The notes: a model not told the origin generated them from the sequence alone. 64,000 nt of DNA from an uncultured Planctomycetales bacterium (GCA_964535935.1 CAZHWM010000024.1:171-64170); one strand, 5' to 3'; positions 19,059 through 31,966 are shown, numbered from the stretch's first letter. Program-made: numbers and translations.

Positions 19059-19829
19059 ATGTCCACTCTGAATACCTTTTTTCTTATCTATTTATCATAT
19101 CAAAATAGACATTTTTATCATCATCTCTTTTATCTACTCTACACACTTTTTTTATTAAACAAGAAAATATCTTTAATAAATTTCTTATTTACAATCTCAA
19201 AATAAACACTCCCATTATCTTTGTTCATTGTCCACTCTAAAAAACACCTTAACTCTTTTAGTTAGAATATATTAGAAATAAATGTCCACTCTGAACTATC
19301 TATTAAGCCTTCTTCTTTTCACATTCAGAGTGGACATTTTATCATAACTCATTAAAATACAATAAAATAAAAGAAATTCAGAGTGGACAAAAAAATGAGA
19401 TAGAAATGTCCACTCTGAATATCAATTTTTCAAAATAAATAAAAATATACTTTATGGTTGTCTATTTTCTTTAATATATTTATACTCTCGTCTCAAAACA
19501 AACAAATCTAAAAATGTCCACTCTAAAAAAATAATCTAACTTCTTTAATTACAACATATTACAAATAAATGTCCACTCTGAATTTTCTATTTAACCTTCT
19601 CCTAGACACTATTCAAAAAAACATTCCTATATTACTCTCTTTTATCTTCTTTATCCTATTTAACTAACACAAAAAATACTAACTTATATGCCAACATCTC
19701 CATTCTAAATCATTACCTTTCAACTTCTTTCTCATTATAAATCAGAGTGGACATTTCTAATTTGTCCACTCTAAAAAATTATTTAATTACTTTATTTACA
19801 ATATATTACAAATAAATGTCCACTCTAAA
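19059..19829. repeat. Array of 11 copies (plus 1 degenerate) of the 14-nt motif (A/T)TGTCCACTCT(G/A)AA in the parB-parA gap
   Basis: Plus orientation: 19059-19072, 19228-19241, 19282-19295, 19406-19419, 19514-19527, 19569-19582, 19762-19775, 19816-19829. Minus orientation: 19324-19337, 19377-19390, 19741-19754. Degenerate: 19696-19709. Three ~68-bp composite units (19228-19295, 19514-19582, 19762-19829) each hold two boxes 54-55 bp apart with a conserved spacer ...ATATTA(C/G)AAATAA. Confidence 0.9.
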
Positions 19830-19853
19830 CTATATATACTAAAAACTAAAAAA

Positions 19854-20669
19854 TCAATCCCTTCGAAACAAATCCGGAGAATTTTCTTTCACTTCATCTA
19901 CCTGTTCTGGCTCCATACCAATAAACTCAAAAGCTAATTCTTTATATCTCTGTGCACCTATAGAATGACTATCATACAAATTAATAGGCTTGCCATGACT
20001 TGGAGCCTCGCTAAGTTTTATATTTCTTGGAATAATAGTATTATATACCTTATCTTTAAAATATGTCTTTATCTCATTTATAACTTCTGATGTTAAATTT
20101 GTCCTAAAATCTGCCATAGTTAATAACACACCCTCTATACATAGAGAAGAATTAAGGTCATTTTTTATTAATTGAATAGTATTTAACAATTGCGATACCC
20201 CTTCCAATGCATAAAATTCACACTGTATAGGAATAAGGATAGAATCACTAGCTACAAGTGCATTCAATGTTAATAATCCCAAAGATGGTGGTGAGTCTAT
20301 AAAAATATAATCATATTTTTCTTTTATAGGTTCAAGCGCCTTTTTTAACCTATTTTCTCTTGAAAAAGCCCCAACTAATTCTATTTCTGCTCCTGTTAAA
20401 TTAATATTACAAGGAATAAGATCTATACCTATACATATATCCCTCATTATAGTCTCTTCTACTGTACTCTTATTTAGCAATAAATCATAAACAGATTTAT
20501 TTAACTCATTTTTATTTACACCTACCCCACTCGTAGCATTACCTTGAGGGTCCGCATCAACAAGCAAAACCCTTTTCCCTAGCTCCCCCAGACTCGCAGA
20601 TAGGTTAACAGCAGTGGTTGTTTTTCCCGTGCCACCTTTTTGATTACAAATAGATATACTTTTTGCCAT
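19854..20669 (-). CDS. parA: Chromosome partitioning ATPase ParA/Soj
   Basis: MAKSISICNQKGGTGKTTTAVNLS is a deviant Walker A. VLLVDADPQGNAT matches ParA. ATG 20669 is preferred; the track start 20684 is a GTG five codons upstream. Confidence 0.9.
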   Translation of the reverse strand: MAKSISICNQKGGTGKTTTAVNLSASLGELGKRVLLVDADPQGNATSGVGVNKNELNKSVYDLLLNKSTVEETIMRDICIGIDLIPCNINLTGAEIELVGAFSRENRLKKALEPIKEKYDYIFIDSPPSLGLLTLNALVASDSILIPIQCEFYALEGVSQLLNTIQLIKNDLNSSLCIEGVLLTMADFRTNLTSEVINEIKTYFKDKVYNTIIPRNIKLSEAPSHGKPINLYDSHSIGAQRYKELAFEFIGMEPEQVDEVKENSPDLFRRD

Positions 20670-20739
20670 TTTTATAATTTTCACATGAAATAAAAAAATA
20701 ATTAATAATAATTAAAATATAAAAAACAACAAAATTTCA

Positions 20740-20946
20740 CTATTGTCCACTCTGCTGTTTTTTCAAAGATACCTTTATCTTTGCTGGCTTCGCTGCCTTC
20801 ATACCAAACAATCCTTTCTTCTCTTCACATACTATTTTAACAATAATATCTTCTCTGGACACTTTTAGCATATTCATGGCCTTTTTTATTGCATCTTCTA
20901 CAGTATTCCCCTCCACTTCTATGCTTTTTGATAAATTATTATCCAT
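20740..20946 (-). CDS. Jag/KhpB N-terminal-domain-only protein (68 aa)
   Basis: IEVEGNTVEDAIKKAMNMLKVSREDIIVKIVCEEKKGLFGMKAAKPAKIKV matches the Jag_N pattern. Located downstream of yidC, as jag normally is. No KH or R3H domains follow. Confidence 0.65.
   Translation of the reverse strand: MDNNLSKSIEVEGNTVEDAIKKAMNMLKVSREDIIVKIVCEEKKGLFGMKAAKPAKIKVSLKKQQSGQ
20743..20756 (+). repeat. Outlying copy of the TGTCCACTCT motif (TTGTCCACTCTGCT)
   Basis: Overlaps the last codons of the jag-N ORF, ~75 bp upstream of the parA start. Confidence 0.7.
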
Positions 20947-21057
20947 TTTTCCCCCTATTATCCATTTAAATAATTTCTGCGGGAAAACAAACCATTAATA
21001 TTTTAGAGGAAACTAAATTCTGTATTTTAAAATTTGTATTTAACCAACCATGGTTTA

Positions 21058-21071
21058 ATGTCCACTCTGGA
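21058..21071 (+). repeat. Outlying copy of the TGTCCACTCT motif (ATGTCCACTCTGGA)
   Basis: Lies between the yidC stop (21084) and the jag-N start (20946). Confidence 0.7.
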
Positions 21072-21083
21072 TAAAATTTTAAA

Positions 21084-22676
21084 TTATTTATTTTTAATCC
21101 TAGCTAATTTCCATTGTGTAAAACAAGATAATAAATTATTTGTTGTCCAATATAACGTTAAACCACTAGCAAATTTATAAAATATGGCGCCAAAAAATAT
21201 CGGCATTAATATCCGCATCATCTTTTGTTGAGCCTCTTGCTCCGGATCCATATTTGCCATATTAGCAGATGACAATCTTTGTTGAAAAAACATTAAAAAC
21301 ATTATTATGATAGGTAAAATATTTATCTCATTTCCTATGAAAGGTAAATTAATTGGTAAAATAAACAATCTATCAGGTGCTGTTAAATCCTTTATCCATA
21401 AAAAACTAGCATCTTTAAATGCTACATCTCTCCATAAAGCCTGTAATAATCCTAAAAATATAGGCATCTGCAGAAACATTGGTAAGCATCCCGCCATAGG
21501 ATTAACATTGTTCCTTTTATAAAGTTCCATTATCTCTATATTAAGTTTTTGCGGATTATTTTTATATTTTTCTTTTAATGCTGCCATCTGTGGTTGCAGC
21601 GCCTGCATCTTACGCATAGAAATCATATTTTTTAATGTTATAGGATAGGTAATACTATATACTAAAATACTCATTATAATAATACATATTCCCCAATTTG
21701 GAATAAATTTATGTAACGCATGTATAATACGATTTACTATCTTTCCCATAATATCAAATAATCCCCATTTATAGTATCTTTTAATTTTGGTAAAATCGGG
21801 GTCTATTTGTTTTAAAATATCCCAACTTTCAGGCCCTATATATATTAAAGAAACAAAATTAAAATTTTCTTTGTTTTTTATATTTTTTGGAATAACTATT
21901 ATATTGGCATGCTCAGAATTTTTTACATGAATAATATATCCTGATGTTTCATATTTAGGCTTTATAATAGCACAATAGTATTTATCTCTAAATCCAGTCC
22001 AAATAACGTGTCCTGTAATATAACGTTCTTCTTTTTTAGAAAATTTATAAGCATTATTTTTTCTGAACATGCCTTTATCAGAATAAATAACATATTCTAA
22101 TAGTGATCTATTTCTAGCACTCAAACTACTTTTTTTAATTTTCGTCATATCTAAAGAATATGTATTTATTTTTAATATATTATTATTTCTAGATTTATTT
22201 TTATAATATATATTAATATTAGAATTTATAATATAATTATTATTTAATATATATTGTTTTATTATTTTAATATTATTATTTTTATATTCATAAACAATAG
22301 TATTTTTTGTAATTTTTTTTAATAAAAATAAAACAGTATCGTATGGTATAAGTTCATTAATTTGTGTTATTGGGAGCCTTACATTGTAATTTTTAATAAA
22401 AATATCTTTTAATACTCCTCCTATATTAGAAAATTTAGCAATAAATTGCTTTGTTTCTATAGTAGTAATATTTTCATTAATTCTATTATTAGATGAAAGT
22501 TTGGAAGATTTAACAATCTTAGAATTTGATAATGAGGAACTTTCCTTGGTTTCTATAGCATCATGTTTTAATATATGATGATAACCTGGCTTTGATTTCT
22601 GAGGTGGGTTTAACAGCGACCAGAAATACAACACCAGAAATGATAGCGTTGCTGCTAATATAAGTCTTTTTTCCAT
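21084..22676 (-). CDS. yidC: Membrane protein insertase YidC (long, diderm-type with periplasmic P1 domain)
   Basis: 530 aa. N-terminal TM segment, large P1 domain, conserved C-terminal core (MRKMQALQPQMAALKEKYKNNPQKLNIEIMELYKRNNVNPMAGCLPMFLQMPIF). Follows yidD. Confidence 0.9.
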   Translation of the reverse strand: MEKRLILAATLSFLVLYFWSLLNPPQKSKPGYHHILKHDAIETKESSSLSNSKIVKSSKLSSNNRINENITTIETKQFIAKFSNIGGVLKDIFIKNYNVRLPITQINELIPYDTVLFLLKKITKNTIVYEYKNNNIKIIKQYILNNNYIINSNINIYYKNKSRNNNILKINTYSLDMTKIKKSSLSARNRSLLEYVIYSDKGMFRKNNAYKFSKKEERYITGHVIWTGFRDKYYCAIIKPKYETSGYIIHVKNSEHANIIVIPKNIKNKENFNFVSLIYIGPESWDILKQIDPDFTKIKRYYKWGLFDIMGKIVNRIIHALHKFIPNWGICIIIMSILVYSITYPITLKNMISMRKMQALQPQMAALKEKYKNNPQKLNIEIMELYKRNNVNPMAGCLPMFLQMPIFLGLLQALWRDVAFKDASFLWIKDLTAPDRLFILPINLPFIGNEINILPIIIMFLMFFQQRLSSANMANMDPEQEAQQKMMRILMPIFFGAIFYKFASGLTLYWTTNNLLSCFTQWKLARIKNK

Positions 22677-22684
22677 AACATGCT

Positions 22685-22897
22685 TTACCTTACAGGATCA
22701 TATCCCCCTTTTGATAATGGAGAACATCTCATGATACGTATAATTGCCTTTATTCCTCCTAAAAAAATCCCGTATTTCTGTATCGCCTCCAACGTATATC
22801 TTGAACAGGTGGGATAAAACCTGCATTTTCCCGGAAAAATTACAGCACTTATTTTTTGATAACAAATTATAAAAATTTTTATAATTTTTATAATCAT
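22685..22897 (-). CDS. yidD: Membrane protein insertion efficiency factor YidD
   Basis: 70 aa. [31 protein letters not shown]...[16 protein letters not shown] is the YidD signature. Confidence 0.9.
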   Translation of the reverse strand: MIIKIIKIFIICYQKISAVIFPGKCRFYPTCSRYTLEAIQKYGIFLGGIKAIIRIMRCSPLSKGGYDPVR

Positions 22898-22982
22898 TAA
22901 TAAAAATTATATATAATATTATATATATATTAAAAAAAAATATATATATTTAAATTTATAATTTTAATAATTTATATAATAA
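22896..22982. other. ~87-bp tract containing only A and T (candidate DNA-unwinding element)
   Basis: No G or C between the yidD start codon and position 22983. Lies inside the 169-bp yidD-rpmH spacer where rnpA normally sits. Confidence 0.5.
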
Positions 22983-23066
22983 CAATTATGGAAAGCTGTA
23001 TATTTAAACTTATATCATTTTAACGAAAGACAAACAATATAAATTATACTTTATTTTATCTTTCAT

Positions 23067-23204
23067 CTATATAGTTAAGCACTTGCGACCTTTTGCTCGT
23101 CTTCGTTTTAATACAGCTCTTCCTGTATCAGACTCCATTCTTTTACGAAATCCATGAGTCCTCTTGCCTTTTAATTTACTTATTGTTTTAAGATTCTTTT
23201 TCAT
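23067..23204 (-). CDS. rpmH: 50S ribosomal protein L34
   Basis: Below the track size cutoff. Manual translation gives [45 protein letters not shown] (45 aa), a classic bL34 pattern. Confidence 0.9.
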   Translation of the reverse strand: MKKNLKTISKLKGKRTHGFRKRMESDTGRAVLKRRRAKGRKCLTI

Positions 23205-23764
23205 GATTTGTAAATTATATCATATGCCATTTCTTAGTCAAGTTATTTCAAAAAGCTTGATTTAATTCTCTTTATATTATTATTTTGTTTTTCTTTTTGA
23301 ATAGTAACGTAACTAAAAAACAATTTCAACATCTATTTTGCTTTTTTTACTAAGAACTTAACTTATTATTAATGTAAAAGATAAAACGATATATTTTCGA
23401 CGGTAAGTTTACTATTTTTTTATTCAATAATATAAAAAATAATAAAAGACTTCACAATTTTATTTATAATAATTTATATTCGTCGGTATTTACCTTGCAT
23501 ATAAAATCGCAGTTGAAATAAAAATTTTCTTTGATATAATAAAATGCTTTTTTATAAAAATTTAAAAAGGCATGTATCTTTATACAATCAAACATGTTTT
23601 ATGCCTGTTTTACTTATCGTAATTTACAACATTTTAATTGGTTAGATATTTTATCTTATAGGCATACTCTTAAAAAGCATTGCCAACCTTGGTCAATAGT
23701 CTGTCTGGCTATTATATGTATTTTGAATATTAATTATTTTTTGATGTATATAGTATTTATTGCC

Positions 23765-23886
23765 TCATTCACATACTATCCTAAATTTTTATTATTTTGG
23801 AGTTGTGAATAACTTGTGAACAACTTTTTTATTTTTTTTATAACTTATTATAATTAAACAAGTTACAAAAATAAAAGTTATTCACC
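23765..23886. promoter_or_regulatory. Cluster of four DnaA-box-like 9-mers (TTATNCACA type) just upstream of dnaA
   Basis: TCATTCACA 23765-23773. TGTGAATAA 23804-23812 (complement TTATTCACA). TGTGAACAA 23815-23823 (complement TTGTTCACA). TTATTCACC 23878-23886. Confidence 0.6.
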
Positions 23887-23929
23887 GATATTTTTAATCT
23901 TGTTTAAACAATTTTTTACAGGGGCTATT

Positions 23930-25270
23930 ATGACATTAAAAAAAATATGGGAACAATCACAAAATAGAATAAAAAAAAGAATAGGCGCTACATCCTATGA
24001 AACATGGTTTTCCGCATTAAATATAAAAGAAAAGAATAATAATATACTTCTAATAGAAACTCCTGATGCCTTTTTTAAAAATTGGATTGTAGAACATTAT
24101 AAAAATGTTATTAATGATGAAATAAATAATATATCCTCTTCTAAAATACAAATAGAATTTGGAGTAAATCCTAATATAATAGAAAAAACAACTCAAGAAC
24201 GCCTTACTAAACTTGAACTAGGATTTAAAGAATCTGAAAATAGTAATACTTTAAATCTTAATTCAAGATTTACATTTGAAAATTTTGTTATAGGCCCGTC
24301 AAACCGTTTCGCGTGTGCTGCATGTCTCGCTGTTGCAGAATCACCAGCGAAAACCTATAATCCCCTTTTTATATATGGAAAAGTTGGTCTTGGAAAAACA
24401 CATCTCATTCAAGCAATAACACATAAAATAAAAGAATTACATCCACATTTAAAATATTGTTATATTTCTTCAGAAAGATTTACTAATGAACTTATAGATG
24501 CAATTCGTACACGTTCAACCTCTGAATTTAGAAAAAAATATAGAGAAATAGATGTATTGCTTATAGATGATATCCAATTTATTGCGGGAAAAGAATCGAC
24601 ACAAGAAGAATTTTTTCATACATTCAATTATTTACACAATAATAGAAAACAAATAATAATTACTTCAGATCATCCTCCAAAACAAATAACTCATTTGGAA
24701 GAACGGCTAACATCAAGGTTTGCATGGGGACTCATAGCTGATATACAACCCCCTGACTTTGAAACAAGGGTTGCTATATTAAGAAAAAAAGTTGAAAAAG
24801 AGACAGTAAATGTCCCTGAGGATGTCATTTTCTTTATTGCGGATCAAATAAAATCTAATATAAGAGAACTTGAAGGCGCCCTTGTACGTGTAGCCGCTTA
24901 TTCTTTATTAGAAGATAAACCTATCACTCTTAATATGACAAAAATTATTTTGAAAGATATGGTAAAAGAGGCTACAAAAAATATAAATGTAGAAATGATA
25001 CAAAAATGTGTATGTAATTTTTTTAAAGTATCTTTAAATGATTTAAAGGCATATAAAAGAAATAAAAATATTATACTTCCCAGACAGATAGCTATGTATT
25101 TATCACGACAATTAACTAATATGTCATTACCTGAAATAGGTCGTGCTTTTGGTAGAAAAGATCACGCAACTGTAATGCATTCTTGTAAAAAAATAGAAAA
25201 AGATATTAACTCAAATGAAGAATTAAAGAGTATTTTAACTAAAATCACGGCTATCTTAATGGAATGCTAA
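23930..25270 (+). CDS. dnaA: Chromosomal replication initiator protein DnaA
   Basis: Walker A GKVGLGKTHL, Walker B LLIDDIQF, domain IV HTH ...GRKDHATVMHSCKKIE. ATG 23930 is preceded by AGGGG. The track start 23900 is a TTG ten codons upstream. Confidence 0.95.
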   Translation: MTLKKIWEQSQNRIKKRIGATSYETWFSALNIKEKNNNILLIETPDAFFKNWIVEHYKNVINDEINNISSSKIQIEFGVNPNIIEKTTQERLTKLELGFKESENSNTLNLNSRFTFENFVIGPSNRFACAACLAVAESPAKTYNPLFIYGKVGLGKTHLIQAITHKIKELHPHLKYCYISSERFTNELIDAIRTRSTSEFRKKYREIDVLLIDDIQFIAGKESTQEEFFHTFNYLHNNRKQIIITSDHPPKQITHLEERLTSRFAWGLIADIQPPDFETRVAILRKKVEKETVNVPEDVIFFIADQIKSNIRELEGALVRVAAYSLLEDKPITLNMTKIILKDMVKEATKNINVEMIQKCVCNFFKVSLNDLKAYKRNKNIILPRQIAMYLSRQLTNMSLPEIGRAFGRKDHATVMHSCKKIEKDINSNEELKSILTKITAILMEC

Positions 25271-25412
25271 ATTAAATAATAAAAATGTAGCAAGAATTAT
25301 TATATTTTTTTTAAATTTTTTAAATAGAAATAAGTGAGTTATTATATTATTATTCATAGGTTGTAAATTATATAACCAATTATAATAAAAATAGTTACGT
25401 CTCTAATATAAT

Positions 25413-25421
25413 TTATTCACA
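25413..25421 (+). promoter_or_regulatory. DnaA-box-like TTATTCACA in the dnaA-dnaN spacer
   Basis: One mismatch to the E. coli-type consensus TTATCCACA, at the tolerated N position. Confidence 0.45.
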
Positions 25422-25489
25422 ACCGCTACTTATATTACTACTATAATAATTATTTTATTAATAGTATGTTATAAAAGAAAGGAAAGTCT

Positions 25490-26590
25490 ATGAAAATAAA
25501 AGTATTAAAAGAAAAATTATTAACAGGACTTCAGACTGTTCAAAATATTGTATCAAATAAAATAACACTTCCTATATTATCTAATATATTATTAGAAGCA
25601 AAAAATGGAAAATTAAGATTATGTGCTACTGATTTAGATATAGGAATATCTTGTGAATATCCTGTTGATATCCTTGAAGAAGGGGCAATAACTATTCCTG
25701 CAAAAAAAGTTACAGATATTGTTAGAGAAATGCCATCAGGAGAAATATTAATTTATACTCAGAGAAATAATCAGATAGAGATAGAATGTGATAGATGTAG
25801 GTTTAAATTAAATGGATTGCCTAAAGATGAGTTTCCTAAATTTCCTGAAGTAAAAGATAAAGAACGTATTACTATTGAACAGACGGTTTTGAAAGAAATG
25901 TTAGATATGACATATTTTGCTGTTTCTTATGAAGAATCAAGATATGTATTAAATGGGGTGTTATTTGAGATATCTGGTAAAATAATGTGTACTGTTGCAG
26001 CAGATGGTAGACGTTTAGCAAAAATGGAAAAAGAGATTTTGTCTCCAATTGAAGATGATATTAAAGTGATAATACCTATTAAAGCAGTACAGGAAATATT
26101 AAGAAATTTAAATGATGAAGGTGATGTTTTTATGATTATAGGGAATAATCAAGTGTTATTTGATATTAATAGTGTATTAATTACTACACGTATTATAGAA
26201 GGAGAATTTCCAAACTATCAACAGGCTATACCACCTCCTTCAGAAAATAAAATAAAGATAAAGACAAATGATTTATTAAGTGCTATAAGAAGGGCTAATC
26301 TTTTATCTACTACAGATTTTCAAGCTGTGAAATTTGAAGTATTTAGTAATAAAATGGTGATTTCCAAAAATACTCCTAATATAGGAGAATCAAGAGAAGA
26401 GATCCCAATAGAGAATAATGGTCCTAAGATTGTTGTTGGATATAGTCCAAATTTTTTTATTGATGTGTTGAAGCATATAACAAGAGAATATATTGATTTG
26501 GAACTTGTTAGTATGGAAGGTAATTCTATTATTCGTGCTGTGATAAGACTTGACGGGTATTTATATCTTGTAATGCCTATGAGTATATAG
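25490..26590 (+). CDS. dnaN: DNA polymerase III beta sliding clamp
   Basis: 366 aa. N-terminus MKIKVLKEKLLTGLQTVQNIVSNKITLPILSNILLEA is typical. Position immediately after dnaA. Confidence 0.9.
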   Translation: MKIKVLKEKLLTGLQTVQNIVSNKITLPILSNILLEAKNGKLRLCATDLDIGISCEYPVDILEEGAITIPAKKVTDIVREMPSGEILIYTQRNNQIEIECDRCRFKLNGLPKDEFPKFPEVKDKERITIEQTVLKEMLDMTYFAVSYEESRYVLNGVLFEISGKIMCTVAADGRRLAKMEKEILSPIEDDIKVIIPIKAVQEILRNLNDEGDVFMIIGNNQVLFDINSVLITTRIIEGEFPNYQQAIPPPSENKIKIKTNDLLSAIRRANLLSTTDFQAVKFEVFSNKMVISKNTPNIGESREEIPIENNGPKIVVGYSPNFFIDVLKHITREYIDLELVSMEGNSIIRAVIRLDGYLYLVMPMSI

Positions 26591-26630
26591 TATTATCATA
26601 TTTTATTAATATTTAAAAATTTGTGAAAAA

Positions 26631-29392
<2,762 letters not shown>

Positions 29393-29435
29393 ATGAACGA
29401 TAAAAAAATGTTATTTATGTGAAAGGCATAAACAG

Positions 29436-31889
29436 ATGAGAGACTTGACTATAAAGGAAAAGGTTATACCCGTTTATATAGAAGATGAGATGAAGAATTC
29501 TTATCTATCCTATTCGATGAGTGTTATTGTAGGACGCGCCTTGCCTGATGTAAGGGATGGGTTAAAACCTGTTCATAGACGGGTACTTTTTGCAATGAAA
29601 GAATTAAGATTAGAACATAATAAAGCTTATAAAAAATGTGCCCGTATTGTAGGGGAGGTTTTGGGAAAGTATCATCCTCACGGTGATATGGCTGTTTATG
29701 ACACATTGGTACGTATGGTTCAGGATTTTTCTTTAAGGTATCCTCTTGTTGATGGTCAGGGTAATTTCGGGTCTATAGATGGAGATGCAGCAGCAGCAAT
29801 GCGATATACAGAGGCGCGTATGGCGGCTATTACAGATGAGATGCTGGCAGATATAGAAAAGAATACAGTAGATTTTGCCCCTAACTTTGATGCAACTCTT
29901 AAAGAACCTGTTATTCTTCCTGCCGCCTTGCCCAATCTTTTAATAAATGGATCCAGTGGCATAGCTGTTGGTATGGCGACTAATATGCCGCCTCATAATT
30001 TAGGAGAGGTTGTAGAGGCTATTGTATATTTAATAGACCATCCAGATGCTGATATTAAACAGCTTAACAAAATTATAAAAGGTCCTGATTTTCCAACAGG
30101 TGGTATAATCTGCGGAATAGAAGGTATTGTTAATGCATATACTACAGGAAGGGGTAAAATAACTTTACGTGCAAAGGCAAATATAGAACGACAAAAAGGG
30201 AATAAAGATAGTATTATTATTACTGAATTGCCATATCAGGTTAACAAAGCCAATCTTATTGCAGCTATTGCAGGGCTTGTCCAAAATAAAAAGATAGAAG
30301 GTATAACCGATGTCCGCGATGAAAGTGATAAGGATGGTATACGTGTTGTAGTTGAACTAAGAAGGGATGTAGAGCCGCAAATAATATTAAATTATCTTTA
30401 TAAGCATACGCAATTGGAGGTTACCTTTGGCATTATTAATTTGGCCTTGGTTAATAATGGTCCCAAGATATTAAATCTTAAACAAATATTACTACATTTT
30501 ATAGAACATAGACGGAAAATTATACGTAGACGTACGCAGTTTGATCTGGATAGGGCATTACGCAGGGCGCATATTCTTGAGGGGTTAAGGATAGCATTAA
30601 AGGTAATTAACCAGATTATTAAAACTATAAGGGAATCCAAGACTTCTTCAGAGGCAAAGGTGGCCTTGATGGATAAATTTAAATTGTCAGAGATACAGGC
30701 TCAGGCTATTCTTGAAATGCAGCTTCAGAGGCTTACGGCACTTGAGCAAGATAAGATAGAATCTGAGTATCAGTCTCTTCTAAAAGATATAGAAAATTAT
30801 CGAGCTATACTTTCTTCAGAGGATAAGATAGAAGAGATAATAAAAGAAGAACTTCTTCTTATAAAGAAAAAGTATGCTGATGAGAGGAGAACAGAGATAG
30901 CAGCACGTGCCGAGGAGATAGAGATAGAAGATCTTATAGCAGAGGAGGATATGGCAATTACTATTAGTAATTCAGGATATATAAAACGTTTAGCTGTAGC
31001 CTCATACAGAAAGCAGAGAAGGGGCGGCAGGGGGGTTTCTGCTATGACAACAAGAGAAGAGGATTTTGTTAAACATCTATTTATTGCCTCTTCTAAAGAT
31101 TATTTATTAATATTTTCTAATAAAGGGGTTGTTCATTGGCTTAAGGCATATGAGATACCTATCGCCTCAAGAAGTGCAAAAGGGAAAAACATAGTAAATC
31201 TTTTATCTATAGGTAAAGAAGAAAAGATAAGTTCTATAGTTGCTGTAAGGGGGTTTTCAGAGGATAGATATCTTGTAATGGCAACAGCAAATGGAAATAT
31301 AAAAAAGACAAAATTATCGGCGTTTAAGAATCCTAGAAGAGGAGGGATCGTAGCGATAACACTTCAGAAGGGCGATAGGCTTATAGGAGCATCTTTAAGC
31401 GACGGGACTAATGATATATTATTAGTTACTAAAAATGGTAAGTCCCTACGTTTTAATGAAAAGCAGTTACGTGATATGGGGCGAGCAGCAAGAGGGGTTA
31501 GGGGAATTAAATTAGATAAAGATGATGAAGTTGTAAGTATGTTGGTTTTTCGTTCAGATATAGCTAAAACCGGATGCTCGTTTCTTACAGTTACTTCATT
31601 GGGATTTGCAAAAAGATCGGATTTTAGTTTTTATAGGACACAGTCCAGGGGAGGAAAAGGGATTATTAATATAAAGGTAACAGAACGAAATGGCCATGTT
31701 GTAGGTGCGCTTCCTGTTATGGTAGATGATGAGGTTATGGCTGTTACAAAAGAAGGGATGATTGTTAGGTGTCCTTTGAGTGATATTCGCCAGACTGGTA
31801 GAAGTACTCAAGGGGTAAAGCTTATTAATTTAAGCAAAGGAGATGAAGTAGCATCTGTTGCAAATGTTGTGAATAAGGCAGGTGAATGA
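29436..31889 (+). CDS. gyrA: DNA gyrase subunit A
   Basis: [24 protein letters not shown], active-site [12 protein letters not shown]-terminal beta-pinwheel repeats. Confidence 0.95.
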   Translation: MRDLTIKEKVIPVYIEDEMKNSYLSYSMSVIVGRALPDVRDGLKPVHRRVLFAMKELRLEHNKAYKKCARIVGEVLGKYHPHGDMAVYDTLVRMVQDFSLRYPLVDGQGNFGSIDGDAAAAMRYTEARMAAITDEMLADIEKNTVDFAPNFDATLKEPVILPAALPNLLINGSSGIAVGMATNMPPHNLGEVVEAIVYLIDHPDADIKQLNKIIKGPDFPTGGIICGIEGIVNAYTTGRGKITLRAKANIERQKGNKDSIIITELPYQVNKANLIAAIAGLVQNKKIEGITDVRDESDKDGIRVVVELRRDVEPQIILNYLYKHTQLEVTFGIINLALVNNGPKILNLKQILLHFIEHRRKIIRRRTQFDLDRALRRAHILEGLRIALKVINQIIKTIRESKTSSEAKVALMDKFKLSEIQAQAILEMQLQRLTALEQDKIESEYQSLLKDIENYRAILSSEDKIEEIIKEELLLIKKKYADERRTEIAARAEEIEIEDLIAEEDMAITISNSGYIKRLAVASYRKQRRGGRGVSAMTTREEDFVKHLFIASSKDYLLIFSNKGVVHWLKAYEIPIASRSAKGKNIVNLLSIGKEEKISSIVAVRGFSEDRYLVMATANGNIKKTKLSAFKNPRRGGIVAITLQKGDRLIGASLSDGTNDILLVTKNGKSLRFNEKQLRDMGRAARGVRGIKLDKDDEVVSMLVFRSDIAKTGCSFLTVTSLGFAKRSDFSFYRTQSRGGKGIINIKVTERNGHVVGALPVMVDDEVMAVTKEGMIVRCPLSDIRQTGRSTQGVKLINLSKGDEVASVANVVNKAGE

Positions 31890-31938
31890 TATCAGAATAA
31901 TAAGATTGGTTATATAGAAAGCTGTATTTACTAAAAGA

Positions 31939-31966
31939 AAAGGGATTTCATTATTGAAATCCCTTT
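31939..31966. terminator. Hairpin between gyrA and the convergent tRNA-Glu (possible bidirectional terminator)
   Basis: AAAGGGATTTCA-ttat-TGAAATCCCTTT gives a 12-bp perfect stem with a 4-nt loop. A/T-rich on both sides. Confidence 0.6.

Noticed and set aside
19059-19829. Possible CRISPR array, given many short repeats in a non-coding gap
   Set aside because: The repeats are only ~14 nt, occur in both orientations, and have irregular spacing of 5 to ~170 bp. No cas genes are nearby. This is not CRISPR-like.
23594-23812. 72-aa ORF in the rpmH-dnaA spacer
   Set aside because: It lies in the AT-rich origin and promoter region and overlaps the DnaA-box cluster. It has no RBS and a low-complexity product, so it is judged spurious.
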